Shown piece after piece: positions 8,358 through 17,373 of a DNA stretch of 64,000 nt. Origin of the DNA: an uncultured Chloroflexia bacterium (GTDB taxonomy: Bacteria > Chloroflexota > Limnocylindria > Limnocylindrales > CSP1-4); the NCBI GenBank assembly GCA_963766735.1, contig CAVYBU010000017.1, forward strand, positions 128,001 to 192,000, in the 5' to 3' direction. Position 1 is the stretch's first letter, and each line of letters begins with the position of its first letter. The position numbers were made by a program, and so were the translations under genes. Below the pieces are notes generated by a model. The model had not been told where the DNA came from. It worked only from the letters and a program-made list of their open reading frames with translations, and did no database searches.

Positions 8358-9698
8358 ATGCGAATCGAACGCGTGTTGATCATGGGTGCCGCAGGTCGGG
8401 ACTTCCATGATTTCAACGTCGTCTACCGGGACGATCCGTCGGTGGAGGTCGTTGCCTTCACGGCAACCCAGATCCCCGGCATCGCGGATCGCCGCTACCC
8501 GCCGGAGCTGGCCGGGGAGCGTTACCCCGCCGGGATCCCCATCCGCCCCGAGGCGGAGCTCGAGACCCTGATCCGGGACCTGCGCGTGGACACCGTTGTG
8601 TTTGCGTACAGCGACGTCAGCCATGAGCAGGTCATGCACGCGGCCAGCCGTGCGATGGCGGCCGGGGCGGACTTCTCGCTTCTGGGTCCCACCCGCACGA
8701 TGCTCGAGAGCACGCGCCCGGTGGTCTCGGTGTGCGCGGTCCGGACCGGCTGCGGGAAGAGCCAGACCAGCCGCTACGTGGCACGGGCGCTCGAGGCCCA
8801 GGGGCTCAAGGTCGCGGTCGTGCGGCACCCGATGCCCTACGGGGACCTGGTCGCCCAGCGCGTCCAGCGGTTCGAGACGTACGCGGACCTGGATCGCCAT
8901 GAGACGACCATCGAGGAGCGCGAGGAGTACGAGCCGCACCTCGACGCCGGGCGCCTCGTCTTCGCGGGCGTGGACTACGAGGGGATCCTGCGGGCGGCCG
9001 AGGCCGAGTGCGACGTGGTCATCTGGGATGGCGGCAACAACGACCTGCCGTTCTACCGTCCGGACCTGGCGATCGTGGTGGTGGATCCCCTGCGGCCGGG
9101 CCACGAGCTCCGGTACCACCCGGGCGAGGCGAACCTGCGCCTGGCCGACGTCATCGTGATCAACAAGGTGGACTCCGCGGAGCCCGAAGCCCTCGAGATG
9201 GTCCGCGCCGGCATCGCGGCCGCCAACCCGCGGGCGACCGTCATCGAGGCGCGGTCCTCGCTGGTCCTGGAGGGCGGCGAGATCCGCGGCCGGACGGTGG
9301 TCGTGGTCGAGGACGGGCCGACACTCACGCATGGTGGCATGACCTACGGCGCGGGAGTCGTTGCGGCGAGACGCTTCGGCGCAGCCGAGATGGTGGACCC
9401 GAGGCCCTACGCCACGGGCGAGCTGGCCGCCACGCTGGCGAAGTACCCGGACCTCGAGCGCCTGCTCCCGGCAATGGGTTACGGGGACAAGCAGGTCCAC
9501 GAGCTCGAGGCCGCCCTCGAGGCGATCCCGGCCGACGTGGTCCTGGCCGCCACGCCGATCGACATCACCCGGGTGCTCTCGGTCTCGAAGCCGGTGATCC
9601 GCGTCCGCTACGAGCTGGAGCCCGTCTCCGGGTCGCTCGATGCGGCGCTGGCCCCGGTCGTTGCCCGCGCCACGGAGGCTCCCACCGGCACCAGCTGA
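8358..9698 (+). CDS. COG2403 P-loop protein (cyclic 2,3-diphosphoglycerate synthetase-like / arginine synthetase-like)
   Basis: RVLIMGAAGRDFHDFN N-terminus, AVRTGCGKSQTS P-loop, RHPMPYGDL, WDGGNNDLPF, VEDGPTLTHGGM, LPAMGY. About 446 aa. Confidence 0.85.
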   Translation: MRIERVLIMGAAGRDFHDFNVVYRDDPSVEVVAFTATQIPGIADRRYPPELAGERYPAGIPIRPEAELETLIRDLRVDTVVFAYSDVSHEQVMHAASRAMAAGADFSLLGPTRTMLESTRPVVSVCAVRTGCGKSQTSRYVARALEAQGLKVAVVRHPMPYGDLVAQRVQRFETYADLDRHETTIEEREEYEPHLDAGRLVFAGVDYEGILRAAEAECDVVIWDGGNNDLPFYRPDLAIVVVDPLRPGHELRYHPGEANLRLADVIVINKVDSAEPEALEMVRAGIAAANPRATVIEARSSLVLEGGEIRGRTVVVVEDGPTLTHGGMTYGAGVVAARRFGAAEMVDPRPYATGELAATLAKYPDLERLLPAMGYGDKQVHELEAALEAIPADVVLAATPIDITRVLSVSKPVIRVRYELEPVSGSLDAALAPVVARATEAPTGTS

Positions 9699-9793
9699 CC
9701 GTCGCCCCGTACGAACCGGGCCGGCCGCGCGGGGAGCTCCTCCGCCGTCCGGCCTGACGTCACGGCAGGGCCGGGCCGTCCGGCAGGATCGAT

Positions 9794-9807
9794 GGGGATC
9801 GCGTCCC
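9794..9807. promoter_or_regulatory. DosR-box-like element (reverse complement GGGACGCGATCCCC) upstream of hydrogenase operon
   Basis: Imperfect GGGAC-N4-(G/T)NCCC palindrome in the intergenic region. Confidence 0.4.
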
Positions 9808-9928
9808 GCTCCAGCGTGGACCGGACGGCACTCACGCGAGGCCGTCCCGGGGCAGAGCATGGTCAAGCGGGCCCCGGAGCGCGCACCCGTTGTGCAAACC
9901 GGCCCAACACCAGCGAGGTCGTGGCTTC

Positions 9929-10441
9929 ATGGCACCCGATACCTCAATGGCGTCCCCAGACTTGATCAATGTCCTCGGCACGTCCTGGTTCGGGGCTGGT
10001 CTGCCCCCCGAGGCGGTTGCCCGGCTGGCCCAGATCGCAGAGATGCGGGACGTCGAGTCGGGTGGCGAGGTCACGCGCGAGGGTCTCGTCACGGAGGCCC
10101 TGTCCATCCTGGTCTCCGGCCGCGTCGCCCTGCGTACCCTGGTCCCGGAACGTGGAATGGTGACGATCCTCACGGTGGAGCCCGGCGATATCGTCGGCTG
10201 GTCGGCTCTCGTTCCGCCGCATCGAGCCACGTCGACCGGGATAGCGATCGAGCCCGTGAGGCTCGTGGACCTTCCCGGGGAGGGCTTGCGCCTGCTCCTT
10301 CGCTCCGACCATGCCCTCGCGGCATCCCTGTACCCACGGGTTCTCCAGGTCGTCAGCCGCCGGCTGACGGCCACGCGCATGCAGCTCCTGGACCTGTTTG
10401 CCCGCGAGGAGTGGGGACGGAAGGAGGGCGGGTCGTGGTGA
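9929..10441 (+). CDS. Cyclic nucleotide-binding (Crp-type) domain protein without HTH
   Basis: ILVSGRVAL...TILTVEPGDIVGWSALV cNMP beta-roll and C-terminal RRLTATRMQLLDLF, as in proteins of group 3b hydrogenase operons. Start could be 9947. Confidence 0.85.
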   Translation: MAPDTSMASPDLINVLGTSWFGAGLPPEAVARLAQIAEMRDVESGGEVTREGLVTEALSILVSGRVALRTLVPERGMVTILTVEPGDIVGWSALVPPHRATSTGIAIEPVRLVDLPGEGLRLLLRSDHALAASLYPRVLQVVSRRLTATRMQLLDLFAREEWGRKEGGSW

Positions 10442-12477
10442 ACGACGAGCGCATGCCCTACGCGCCCTACCCCGCACCCACCGGGATGGCGGTGACCGCC
10501 CCGCCCACCGCGCCGGCGTCGTCGCACGGGAGCGGCCCCTGGTTCCTGGCTCGCGCCAACCTGGGCATCCTGATCGACCTCCTTCGAGAGGACGGCCGGA
10601 CGGTCATCGGCCCGAAGGTCGAGGACGGGGCCGTGGTCTACGGCGAGATCAACTCCGTCGACGAGCTGCCCGAGGGCATCGGCGACGAGCAGTCACCCGG
10701 CAGGTACAGGCTGGTCGATGGACAGCATCGGCGCGTCTTCGACTACGCGGTCGGTCCGGTCAGTCCCAAGCGCTGGACGTTCCCGCCCGTGGTCCCGCTC
10801 AACGTGGGCCGGCGTGACGGCAAGGCCGTCACCTACGAGCCTGCCCCAATCGACTCGCCGCCACTCGCCTTCCTGGGCGTCCGCCCCTGCGAGCTGGCCG
10901 CCCTCGGCATCCAGGACCGCGTGTTCCTGGGCGGTCCGTACACGGACGAGGACTATCGCGCCCGACGCCGCAACTCCCTCGTGATCGCGGTCAACTGCAC
11001 GACCTCGGCGTCGACCTGTTTCTGCACCTCGATGGGCACCGGCCCCGAGGCCCACGGCGGCTATGACATCGCCCTCACGGAGCTTGACGAAGGGTTCCTC
11101 CTTCGTGCCGGGTCTCCCGGAGGGGTGGACCTCGTGACGCACCTGCCCGTGCGCGCGGCGGACGCCGCCCAGCTGTTCCGTGCCGCCGAGGCGGTGGGCA
11201 AGGTTGCCGCCACGATGGGCGATCCGGTTCCGACGGCCGGCCTCCATGACCGGCTGCTGGCCCAGTTCGATAGTCCGCGCTGGGCGAGCATCGCCGAGCG
11301 GTGCCTCTCGTGCACCAACTGCACGCTGGTCTGCCCCACGTGCTTCTGCAGCAGCGTCACGCAGCGCTCGGACCTCGACGGTGAGGTCTCCACCTCTGAG
11401 CGAATCTGGGATTCCTGCTTCACGGCTGGGTTCGCCAAGGTCGCCGGTGGCAGCTTCCGGAGCCGCCCGCGGGATCGCTACCGGCAGTGGCTGACGCACA
11501 AGTTCGCCACCTGGGTGGACCAGTTCGGCATGTTCGGCTGCGTCGGCTGCGGCCGGTGCATCGCATGGTGTCCCGTGGGGATCGACATCCGCGCCGAGCT
11601 CCAGGCGATCGCTCCGCCCCTGGCCGCCTGGGCGGAGCCGGCCCGTCCGAAACCGGTGGCCGCAACTCCCAGCTCGTACGCAACCGCGCGGATCGTGTCC
11701 GTCAGGAACGAGACCGCGGACGTCACAACCCTGACGCTGGGCGACGTGGACCCGGCCTTCCTGGCCGGCGAGTTCGGCCAGTTCGCGATGATCACAGTGC
11801 CGGCCTTCCCGCCTCTGCCGATCTCGATCTCCCGCTTCGGGCGGGACACCATCGACCTCACGATCCGGGCGGCCGGACCTGCCACCGCCTCGATCATCGG
11901 ACTTGGGCCGCGGGACGAGATCGGCATCAGGGGACCCCTCGGGACGTCCTGGCCGATCGAGCGCGCGATGGGCCACGACGTGGTGATCGTCACCGGCGGT
12001 ATCGGACTCGCCCCGCTGCGGCCGCTGATCGACGGGCTGCTTGCCCAGCGCGACCGGTTCGACGCGATCCGCCTCTACTACGGTGCCCGGACGCCGGTGG
12101 ACCAGCTCTATCGCGAGGAGATCCGCGGCTGGGCCGCGCGCGGGGACATCGACGTGGAGCTCATCGTGGACCGCGCGGGCTCGGACTGGACGGGTCCCGT
12201 GGGCGTGGTGACGCAGCTGTTCGATCGGGCGACGTGGGATGGCGCTCGCTCGCTCGCGTTCGTGTGCGGGCCCGAGCGGATGATGGAGGCGACCGTTGAA
12301 GCGCTCGAGGAGCGCGGCCTCGCCCCCGACCGAATCTTCGTGACGCTCGAACGGCACATGGAGTGCGGGATCGGGCTCTGCGGTCACTGCCAGACGGGCG
12401 GCCTGTTCGTGTGCCGGGACGGTCCCGTCTTCTCGCTCACCCAACTGGGTGGCATCTTCGGCAGGGAGGGCATCTGA
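10438..12477 (+). CDS. Fused group 3b [NiFe]-hydrogenase beta (Fe-S) and gamma (FAD/NAD(P)-binding, 2Fe-2S) subunits
   Basis: N-half: GVRPCE, CFCTSMG, CLSCTNCTLVCPTCFC, CVGCGRCIAWCPVGID. C-half: PISIS, GIRGPLG, GGIGLAP, CGPERM, MECGIGLCGHC, CRDGPVF. Confidence 0.88.
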   Translation: MNDERMPYAPYPAPTGMAVTAPPTAPASSHGSGPWFLARANLGILIDLLREDGRTVIGPKVEDGAVVYGEINSVDELPEGIGDEQSPGRYRLVDGQHRRVFDYAVGPVSPKRWTFPPVVPLNVGRRDGKAVTYEPAPIDSPPLAFLGVRPCELAALGIQDRVFLGGPYTDEDYRARRRNSLVIAVNCTTSASTCFCTSMGTGPEAHGGYDIALTELDEGFLLRAGSPGGVDLVTHLPVRAADAAQLFRAAEAVGKVAATMGDPVPTAGLHDRLLAQFDSPRWASIAERCLSCTNCTLVCPTCFCSSVTQRSDLDGEVSTSERIWDSCFTAGFAKVAGGSFRSRPRDRYRQWLTHKFATWVDQFGMFGCVGCGRCIAWCPVGIDIRAELQAIAPPLAAWAEPARPKPVAATPSSYATARIVSVRNETADVTTLTLGDVDPAFLAGEFGQFAMITVPAFPPLPISISRFGRDTIDLTIRAAGPATASIIGLGPRDEIGIRGPLGTSWPIERAMGHDVVIVTGGIGLAPLRPLIDGLLAQRDRFDAIRLYYGARTPVDQLYREEIRGWAARGDIDVELIVDRAGSDWTGPVGVVTQLFDRATWDGARSLAFVCGPERMMEATVEALEERGLAPDRIFVTLERHMECGIGLCGHCQTGGLFVCRDGPVFSLTQLGGIFGREGI

Positions 12478-13325
12478 TGCCGGCCACCGCCGCCCGACCG
12501 CGCCTGCGCGTCGGTATCGCCAAGATGGCGTCCTGTGACGGCTGTCAGCTGACGCTCCTCGACCTCGAGGACGAGCTGCTCGCGCTGGCCAGCCGGTTCG
12601 AGATCGTCGAGTTTCCCGAAGCGAGCTCGCTCCGCTCGGCCGGCCCCTACGACCTGCTGCTGGTGGAGGGCAGCATCAGCGCACCCGACCAGGCCGCCGA
12701 GATCGTGGAGCTCCGCCGCCAGGCGAAGCTGCTCGTCACCATCGGCGCCTGCGCCAGCTACGGTGGGATCCAGGCCCTGCGCAACTGGTCGGATCACGAC
12801 GCATTCCGCTCCTCCGTCTACGCCCATCCCGAGTTCATCGAGTCACTGGCCACGGCCACGCCCGTGTCCGAGCACGTGAAGGTGGACGCGGAGCTCCACG
12901 GCTGCCCGATCAGTCCGGAGCAGCTTCGCGAGGTCCTGGCAGCCGTTGCCGTCGGCCGCCGCCCCCAGATCCGGGAGGAATCCGTCTGTGTCGAGTGCAA
13001 GCGACGCGGCGCGGTGTGCGTGATGGTTGCCCAGGGCCTGCCGTGCCTCGGGCCGACCACGCAGAGCGGCTGCAACGCCCTGTGCCCGACCTTTGGCCGC
13101 GGCTGCTACGGCTGCTTCGGTCCGAGGGAGCAGGCGAACCCCGCCAGCCTCGCCCGGACGTTCGCCCAGGACGGGCGCGAGGGCCTGGAGGTCGGCCGCC
13201 TGTTCGCCGGGTTCACGGGTTGGGCGCCGCCCTACCGCGCGGTGGTCGGCGAGTACGGGGGTCCTCCCGGCATGACGCCCGGCGGGATGACGACCAAGGA
13301 AGGAGCTGGCGATGCACGGCGATAG
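12477..13325 (+). CDS. Group 3b [NiFe]-hydrogenase small (delta) subunit
   Basis: SCDGCQ, VEGSI, IGACASYGGIQ, GCP, CVECK, CLGP, CNALCP, GCYGCFGP motifs. Confidence 0.9.
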   Translation: MPATAARPRLRVGIAKMASCDGCQLTLLDLEDELLALASRFEIVEFPEASSLRSAGPYDLLLVEGSISAPDQAAEIVELRRQAKLLVTIGACASYGGIQALRNWSDHDAFRSSVYAHPEFIESLATATPVSEHVKVDAELHGCPISPEQLREVLAAVAVGRRPQIREESVCVECKRRGAVCVMVAQGLPCLGPTTQSGCNALCPTFGRGCYGCFGPREQANPASLARTFAQDGREGLEVGRLFAGFTGWAPPYRAVVGEYGGPPGMTPGGMTTKEGAGDARR

Positions 13326-14667
13326 CGACGGCACGCTCGTCGCCGGCGCCCCCGGGGTCGAGCACGAGTTCAAGGTCGGGTACCTCACGCGAGTCGAGGG
13401 CGAGGGTTCGCTGAGCCTGCGCGTGAGCGACGGGGCCGTTGTCGAGGCCCGCCTCAAGATCTTCGAGGCGCCGCGCTACTTCGAGCGGCTGGTCGTCGGG
13501 CGGACCGGCGACGAGGTGATCGACATCGTGGCGCGGATCTGCGGCATCTGCCCGATCGCGTACCAGATGACCGCGGTCCACGCCTTCGAGGACCTGTACG
13601 GGATCGAGGTCGACCCGTCCGTGCGTGCCCTCCGTCGGCTCCTCTACTGCGGCGAGTGGATCCAGAGCCACGCGCTGCACGTCTACCTGCTGCACGCCCC
13701 GGACTACCTGGGGTACCCGTCGGCGCTCGCGATGGCCGCGGACCACCGGGAGGTCGTCGAGCAGGGTCTGGCCCTCAAGAAGCTCGGCAACGAGCTGATC
13801 GCGGCGCTCGGCGGTCGACCGGTCCACCCGATCTCGGTCCGGATCGGCGGATTCTCGAAGGCGCCCCGCCGGGCCGACCTGGACGGCATCCGGCAGGCCC
13901 TGGACACGGCGGTCGACCAGGCGCTGGCCACGGTGCGCCTCGTCGCCTCGTGGGACCCACCTGCCCTCGAACACACCCAGCCGCTCGTGGCGATGCGCGA
14001 CGCGGATGAGTACCCCTACAACCACGGCCGCATCGTCTCCACGGACGGGCTCGACCTGGCCCCGGGCGCCTGGGGAGAGGCCTTCGAGGAGCACCACCTC
14101 GAGGGCACCAACGCCCTTCACGCCCGGACCCGTGACGGCAAGGTCTACCTCCTGGGACCGACGGCGCGCATCGCGCTCGCCGCCGGCCAGCTCCACCCGC
14201 TCGCGGCCGAGGCCCTCGAGGCGACGGGCCTGCGGGACGCGATCCGGACGAACATCCACCGCTCGATCGTGGCGCGTGCCGTGGAGCTGCTCCACGCGTG
14301 CGCCGAAGCCCGGGACCTGATCGACGGGTACCGCCCGCCGTCCCTGCCGAAGGTTCCGTTCACCCCGCAAGCGGGCATCGCCGCCTGGTCCACCGAGGCT
14401 CCACGCGGCCTCCTCCATCACCGGTACGAGGTCGACGAGCAGGGCCACGTGACCCACGCCCAGATCGTGCCGCCCACCAGCCAGAACCAGGGCGCGATCG
14501 AGGCGGATCTTGCGGCCTTTGCACCGGCCGTTCTCGACCTTCCCCACGAGGAGGCGACCCGTCGCCTCGAGATGCTGATCCGGGCCTACGACCCGTGCAT
14601 CAGCTGCGCGACCCACTTCCTCGATCTCCGGATCGTCAACCAGCGAACAGGGGAGGGGACCGGATGA
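13312..14667 (+). CDS. Group 3b [NiFe]-hydrogenase large (alpha) subunit
   Basis: TRVEGEG, L1 motif RICGICP, EAPRG, L2 motif DPCISCATH followed by a cleavable C-terminal extension. Confidence 0.93.
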   Translation: MHGDSDGTLVAGAPGVEHEFKVGYLTRVEGEGSLSLRVSDGAVVEARLKIFEAPRYFERLVVGRTGDEVIDIVARICGICPIAYQMTAVHAFEDLYGIEVDPSVRALRRLLYCGEWIQSHALHVYLLHAPDYLGYPSALAMAADHREVVEQGLALKKLGNELIAALGGRPVHPISVRIGGFSKAPRRADLDGIRQALDTAVDQALATVRLVASWDPPALEHTQPLVAMRDADEYPYNHGRIVSTDGLDLAPGAWGEAFEEHHLEGTNALHARTRDGKVYLLGPTARIALAAGQLHPLAAEALEATGLRDAIRTNIHRSIVARAVELLHACAEARDLIDGYRPPSLPKVPFTPQAGIAAWSTEAPRGLLHHRYEVDEQGHVTHAQIVPPTSQNQGAIEADLAAFAPAVLDLPHEEATRRLEMLIRAYDPCISCATHFLDLRIVNQRTGEGTG

Positions 14668-15200
14668 CCCATCTCGCGCCGCCATCGGTCCGCCTGCTGG
14701 TCTGCGGCAACGCGGACAGGGGTGACGACGGAGCCGCCCTCAGCGCCGTGGCGACACTGCTGCCGTCCTTGCCCTCGGCGCTGCTTGAACGCATGGAGGT
14801 CCGCCGATGCGGCAACCTCCGCGTCGAGGACCTGCTGGACGTGCGGTCCGGCGAGATCGCCGTGGTCGTGGACGCGGCCGTCGGGATCCCGCCCGGGCAC
14901 GTCGTGACGCTGGCGATCCGGGAGATCGTGGCGGACCCGACCGCACCGGCACCGCGGTCCTCGCACGAGCTGCCGATCGACCAGGTCCTGGGGCTGGCCC
15001 AGGAGCTGCGGCCCGGAGGGCTGCCGGAGGGGACATTCGTCGGGATCGGCGTACGACGGTTCGGGTACGGACGGCCGCTGTCCCGGTCGGTTAGGCTGAA
15101 CATGGTCACGTTCCAGGCGGCGATCTCGGCCGAGCTGGCGCGGGCGACGTGCGTCTCCGTGGACGACCCGGCTACCCCGGGGTCGGAGGTGCCGGGCTGA
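14664..15200 (+). CDS. Hydrogenase maturation endopeptidase
   Basis: CGNADRGDDG, VVVDAA and SSHEL motifs. ATGA overlap with the large subunit. Confidence 0.85.
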   Translation: MTHLAPPSVRLLVCGNADRGDDGAALSAVATLLPSLPSALLERMEVRRCGNLRVEDLLDVRSGEIAVVVDAAVGIPPGHVVTLAIREIVADPTAPAPRSSHELPIDQVLGLAQELRPGGLPEGTFVGIGVRRFGYGRPLSRSVRLNMVTFQAAISAELARATCVSVDDPATPGSEVPG

Positions 15201-15228
15201 AGGCCTGTCGGGGAGGGGAGGTGTCCGC

Positions 15229-15741
15229 GTGAACGTGGTCCAGATGCATGGTCCGCGCCTCGTCGGGGACCTGATGGCCCTCGAGCCGGTCGTGGTCAGG
15301 GCGGATGCCAGTCTCACGATCGCAGCCAGGCTCATGGAGCAACACGGGTTCGGAGGCCTGCCGGTGGTGGACGGGGCCGGGACCCTCGTCGGTGTCATCA
15401 GCGAGATGGACCTCCTCCGGGCCAGGGCCACCGAACACCTGTGGGCGAGCTGGTCCGGGCTCCGCGTCAAGCACCTGATGACCAGCCCGGCTCTGACGAT
15501 CCACCGCGACCAGCCGATCACGCTTGCCGCGCGGAAGATGGAGCGTCACCACGTCTCACGGCTGGTGGTCGTGGCGGGAAGCGACGAGACACTGCCCATC
15601 GGCGTGCTGGCGGCCTCGGACCTCGTCCGCGCGATGGCCGACGAGTCGCCCGACGGGCAGGAGCCGTTTCCTGAGCCACCCATGCCCGCACCTCCTCCCG
15701 CCCCGCCGATGCCGCCGGCCGCAGACGAGTCGGGTGGCTGA
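15229..15741 (+). CDS. CBS-pair domain protein
   Basis: VGDLM...GLPVVD...LVGVISEMDL and VKHLMT...RLVVV...IGVLAASDLV repeats, with a Pro-rich tail. Confidence 0.88.
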   Translation: MNVVQMHGPRLVGDLMALEPVVVRADASLTIAARLMEQHGFGGLPVVDGAGTLVGVISEMDLLRARATEHLWASWSGLRVKHLMTSPALTIHRDQPITLAARKMERHHVSRLVVVAGSDETLPIGVLAASDLVRAMADESPDGQEPFPEPPMPAPPPAPPMPPAADESGG

Positions 15742-15763
15742 CGCGCCCGCGCCGGCCTGACCG

Positions 15764-16789
15764 TCAGCCCAGAGCGGCCCGCAGGAAGCGGCAGGCGCGG
15801 AGCGTGACCCACGGGCTGGGCTCGCGAGGTGCGTCCACGTTGGACCAGAGCCTGCCGTGGTACGGGTACTCGTTGCGCCACCGGCCGGCCCCGTCCTGCT
15901 TCGCGAGGACGCGATCCACGAGTCCGGACAGCCTGTGGTCCTTGGCCCGACCCAGCTCCGCCATCACCTCGCCGACCTGGAGGATGTCCGCGACGTAGCC
16001 CGACGGGAAGCCGAGCTTGAACCAGGCGCGCGAGATCACGCCGCCCCAGCCAGCGGGATAGCCGGCCGTCGCGGGGTCGACGGCCAGAAGCAGCGCGAGC
16101 CCGGCATCGATGGCCGCCGTGACCGCCGGTGTCCGCCGATCCGCGGGGATCGCCGCGAGGCCGCGGAGTGCCTTGACTGCGCCCCAGGCGCACGGCAGCC
16201 CCTCGTTGACGCCGCAGGCGAACCCCGGTCCGGACGTGCCGGACGCGTGGTACGAGGGCGCACCCGATCCGCCGAGGATGCTCCGCACCTGCCAGTCCAC
16301 CGCCGAGGCCACCCGTGGGTCTCCGAGGTGGCCGAAGGCGATCAGCGACCGCAGGAGGTTGCCGTTCAGGCAGTGGAGGACCGAGGACGGGGGCGGGGGC
16401 CTGTCCGCCAGGTGGCTTCCGGAGCAGCCGAGGCCGCCGGAGGCCGTCTGCGTGTGGGCGAGCACATACTCGCACCCGGCCGCGATCCGGGGATCGGCGG
16501 GATCGGCGCCCAACTGCTCGAGGATGATCAGGCTCCAGACCGTGCCGGTGTATTTGGGTCCGTAACCGGGACCGGGCTTGACCCACCAGCCGGCGGGGTC
16601 CTGGCCATCCAGAATCGGCGCGACCGGAGGGAGCGAGGCCGCGTCAGCCTGAGCCGCGCGGACCCCTGGGTCGTCCGCCGGCCGGTCCTCCAGCCACCGG
16701 AGCGCGAGCTGCCGGACCGCCGGCCGCCCTGGGTCCAGCAGCCACGGCCGCGGGTCGCCGCGCAGTGCTGCCACCCACGGATCAGTCAT
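15764..16789 (-). CDS. Prenyltransferase/squalene-cyclase-repeat (alpha/alpha barrel) protein of unknown function
   Basis: QDPAGWW, YGPKYTGTVWSL, QDGAGRW and PSPWVTLRA repeats of the QW-motif barrel family. Confidence 0.65.
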   Translation of the reverse strand: MTDPWVAALRGDPRPWLLDPGRPAVRQLALRWLEDRPADDPGVRAAQADAASLPPVAPILDGQDPAGWWVKPGPGYGPKYTGTVWSLIILEQLGADPADPRIAAGCEYVLAHTQTASGGLGCSGSHLADRPPPPSSVLHCLNGNLLRSLIAFGHLGDPRVASAVDWQVRSILGGSGAPSYHASGTSGPGFACGVNEGLPCAWGAVKALRGLAAIPADRRTPAVTAAIDAGLALLLAVDPATAGYPAGWGGVISRAWFKLGFPSGYVADILQVGEVMAELGRAKDHRLSGLVDRVLAKQDGAGRWRNEYPYHGRLWSNVDAPREPSPWVTLRACRFLRAALG

Positions 16790-16819
16790 GGGGCGAGTCT
16801 CGCGTGCGGCGCCGCCGCC

Positions 16820-17371
16820 CTACGCGATGACCTCCTCGAGGCCGGCCTCGTAGCCCGCATCGAACGCGGCGATGTCCGCGGCCACGAGGTCCCCATGTCT
16901 CTGCCCGAGGAGCACGCTCAACGCCCGGTGGACGCTCTCCGGCTCAACGAACCGTCGCGCGCCGATGAGCGCCCCCAGCGCCACCACGGAGACCAGCCTG
17001 TCGTCGCCAGCCTTGCGGGCCACGGCCGTGCAGGGGACCGGGAGGACGTCGATATCGTCCCGGCCCGGCTCAGCCTCGATCAGGGTGGTGTTCACGACGA
17101 GCAGGCCGCCGTCAGCGACGAGCGGCGTGTACTTCGCCATCGACGGCGGGTTGAGGACCACCGCGTGGTCGGCCCGGTCGACCACCGGCGAGCCGATGAG
17201 CCGGTCCGCCACGATGACGGTGCACGAGGCGGTCCCGCCCCGCATCTCGGGCCCGTACGACGGGATCCACAGGACCTCCCGTCCCTCGAGGAGTGCCGCC
17301 TCGGCCAGCACCTTGCCAGCGAACAGGATCCCCTGACCGCCGAACCCGGCGATGATCGTGGATCGCTCCAT
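16820..17371 (-). CDS. 2-oxoacid:ferredoxin oxidoreductase gamma subunit
   Basis: IIAGFGGQGILFAG, WIPSYGPEMRGGTA motifs. Confidence 0.92.
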   Translation of the reverse strand: MERSTIIAGFGGQGILFAGKVLAEAALLEGREVLWIPSYGPEMRGGTASCTVIVADRLIGSPVVDRADHAVVLNPPSMAKYTPLVADGGLLVVNTTLIEAEPGRDDIDVLPVPCTAVARKAGDDRLVSVVALGALIGARRFVEPESVHRALSVLLGQRHGDLVAADIAAFDAGYEAGLEEVIA

Positions 17372-17373
17372 CC

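Noticed and set aside
14590-14616. Selenocysteine-containing [NiFeSe] hydrogenase
   Set aside because: The L2 motif is DPCISCATH with ordinary Cys codons and no in-frame TGA.
15736-15769. GGCTGACG / CGTCAGCC inverted repeat
   Set aside because: Explained largely by the TGA stop contexts of two convergent genes.
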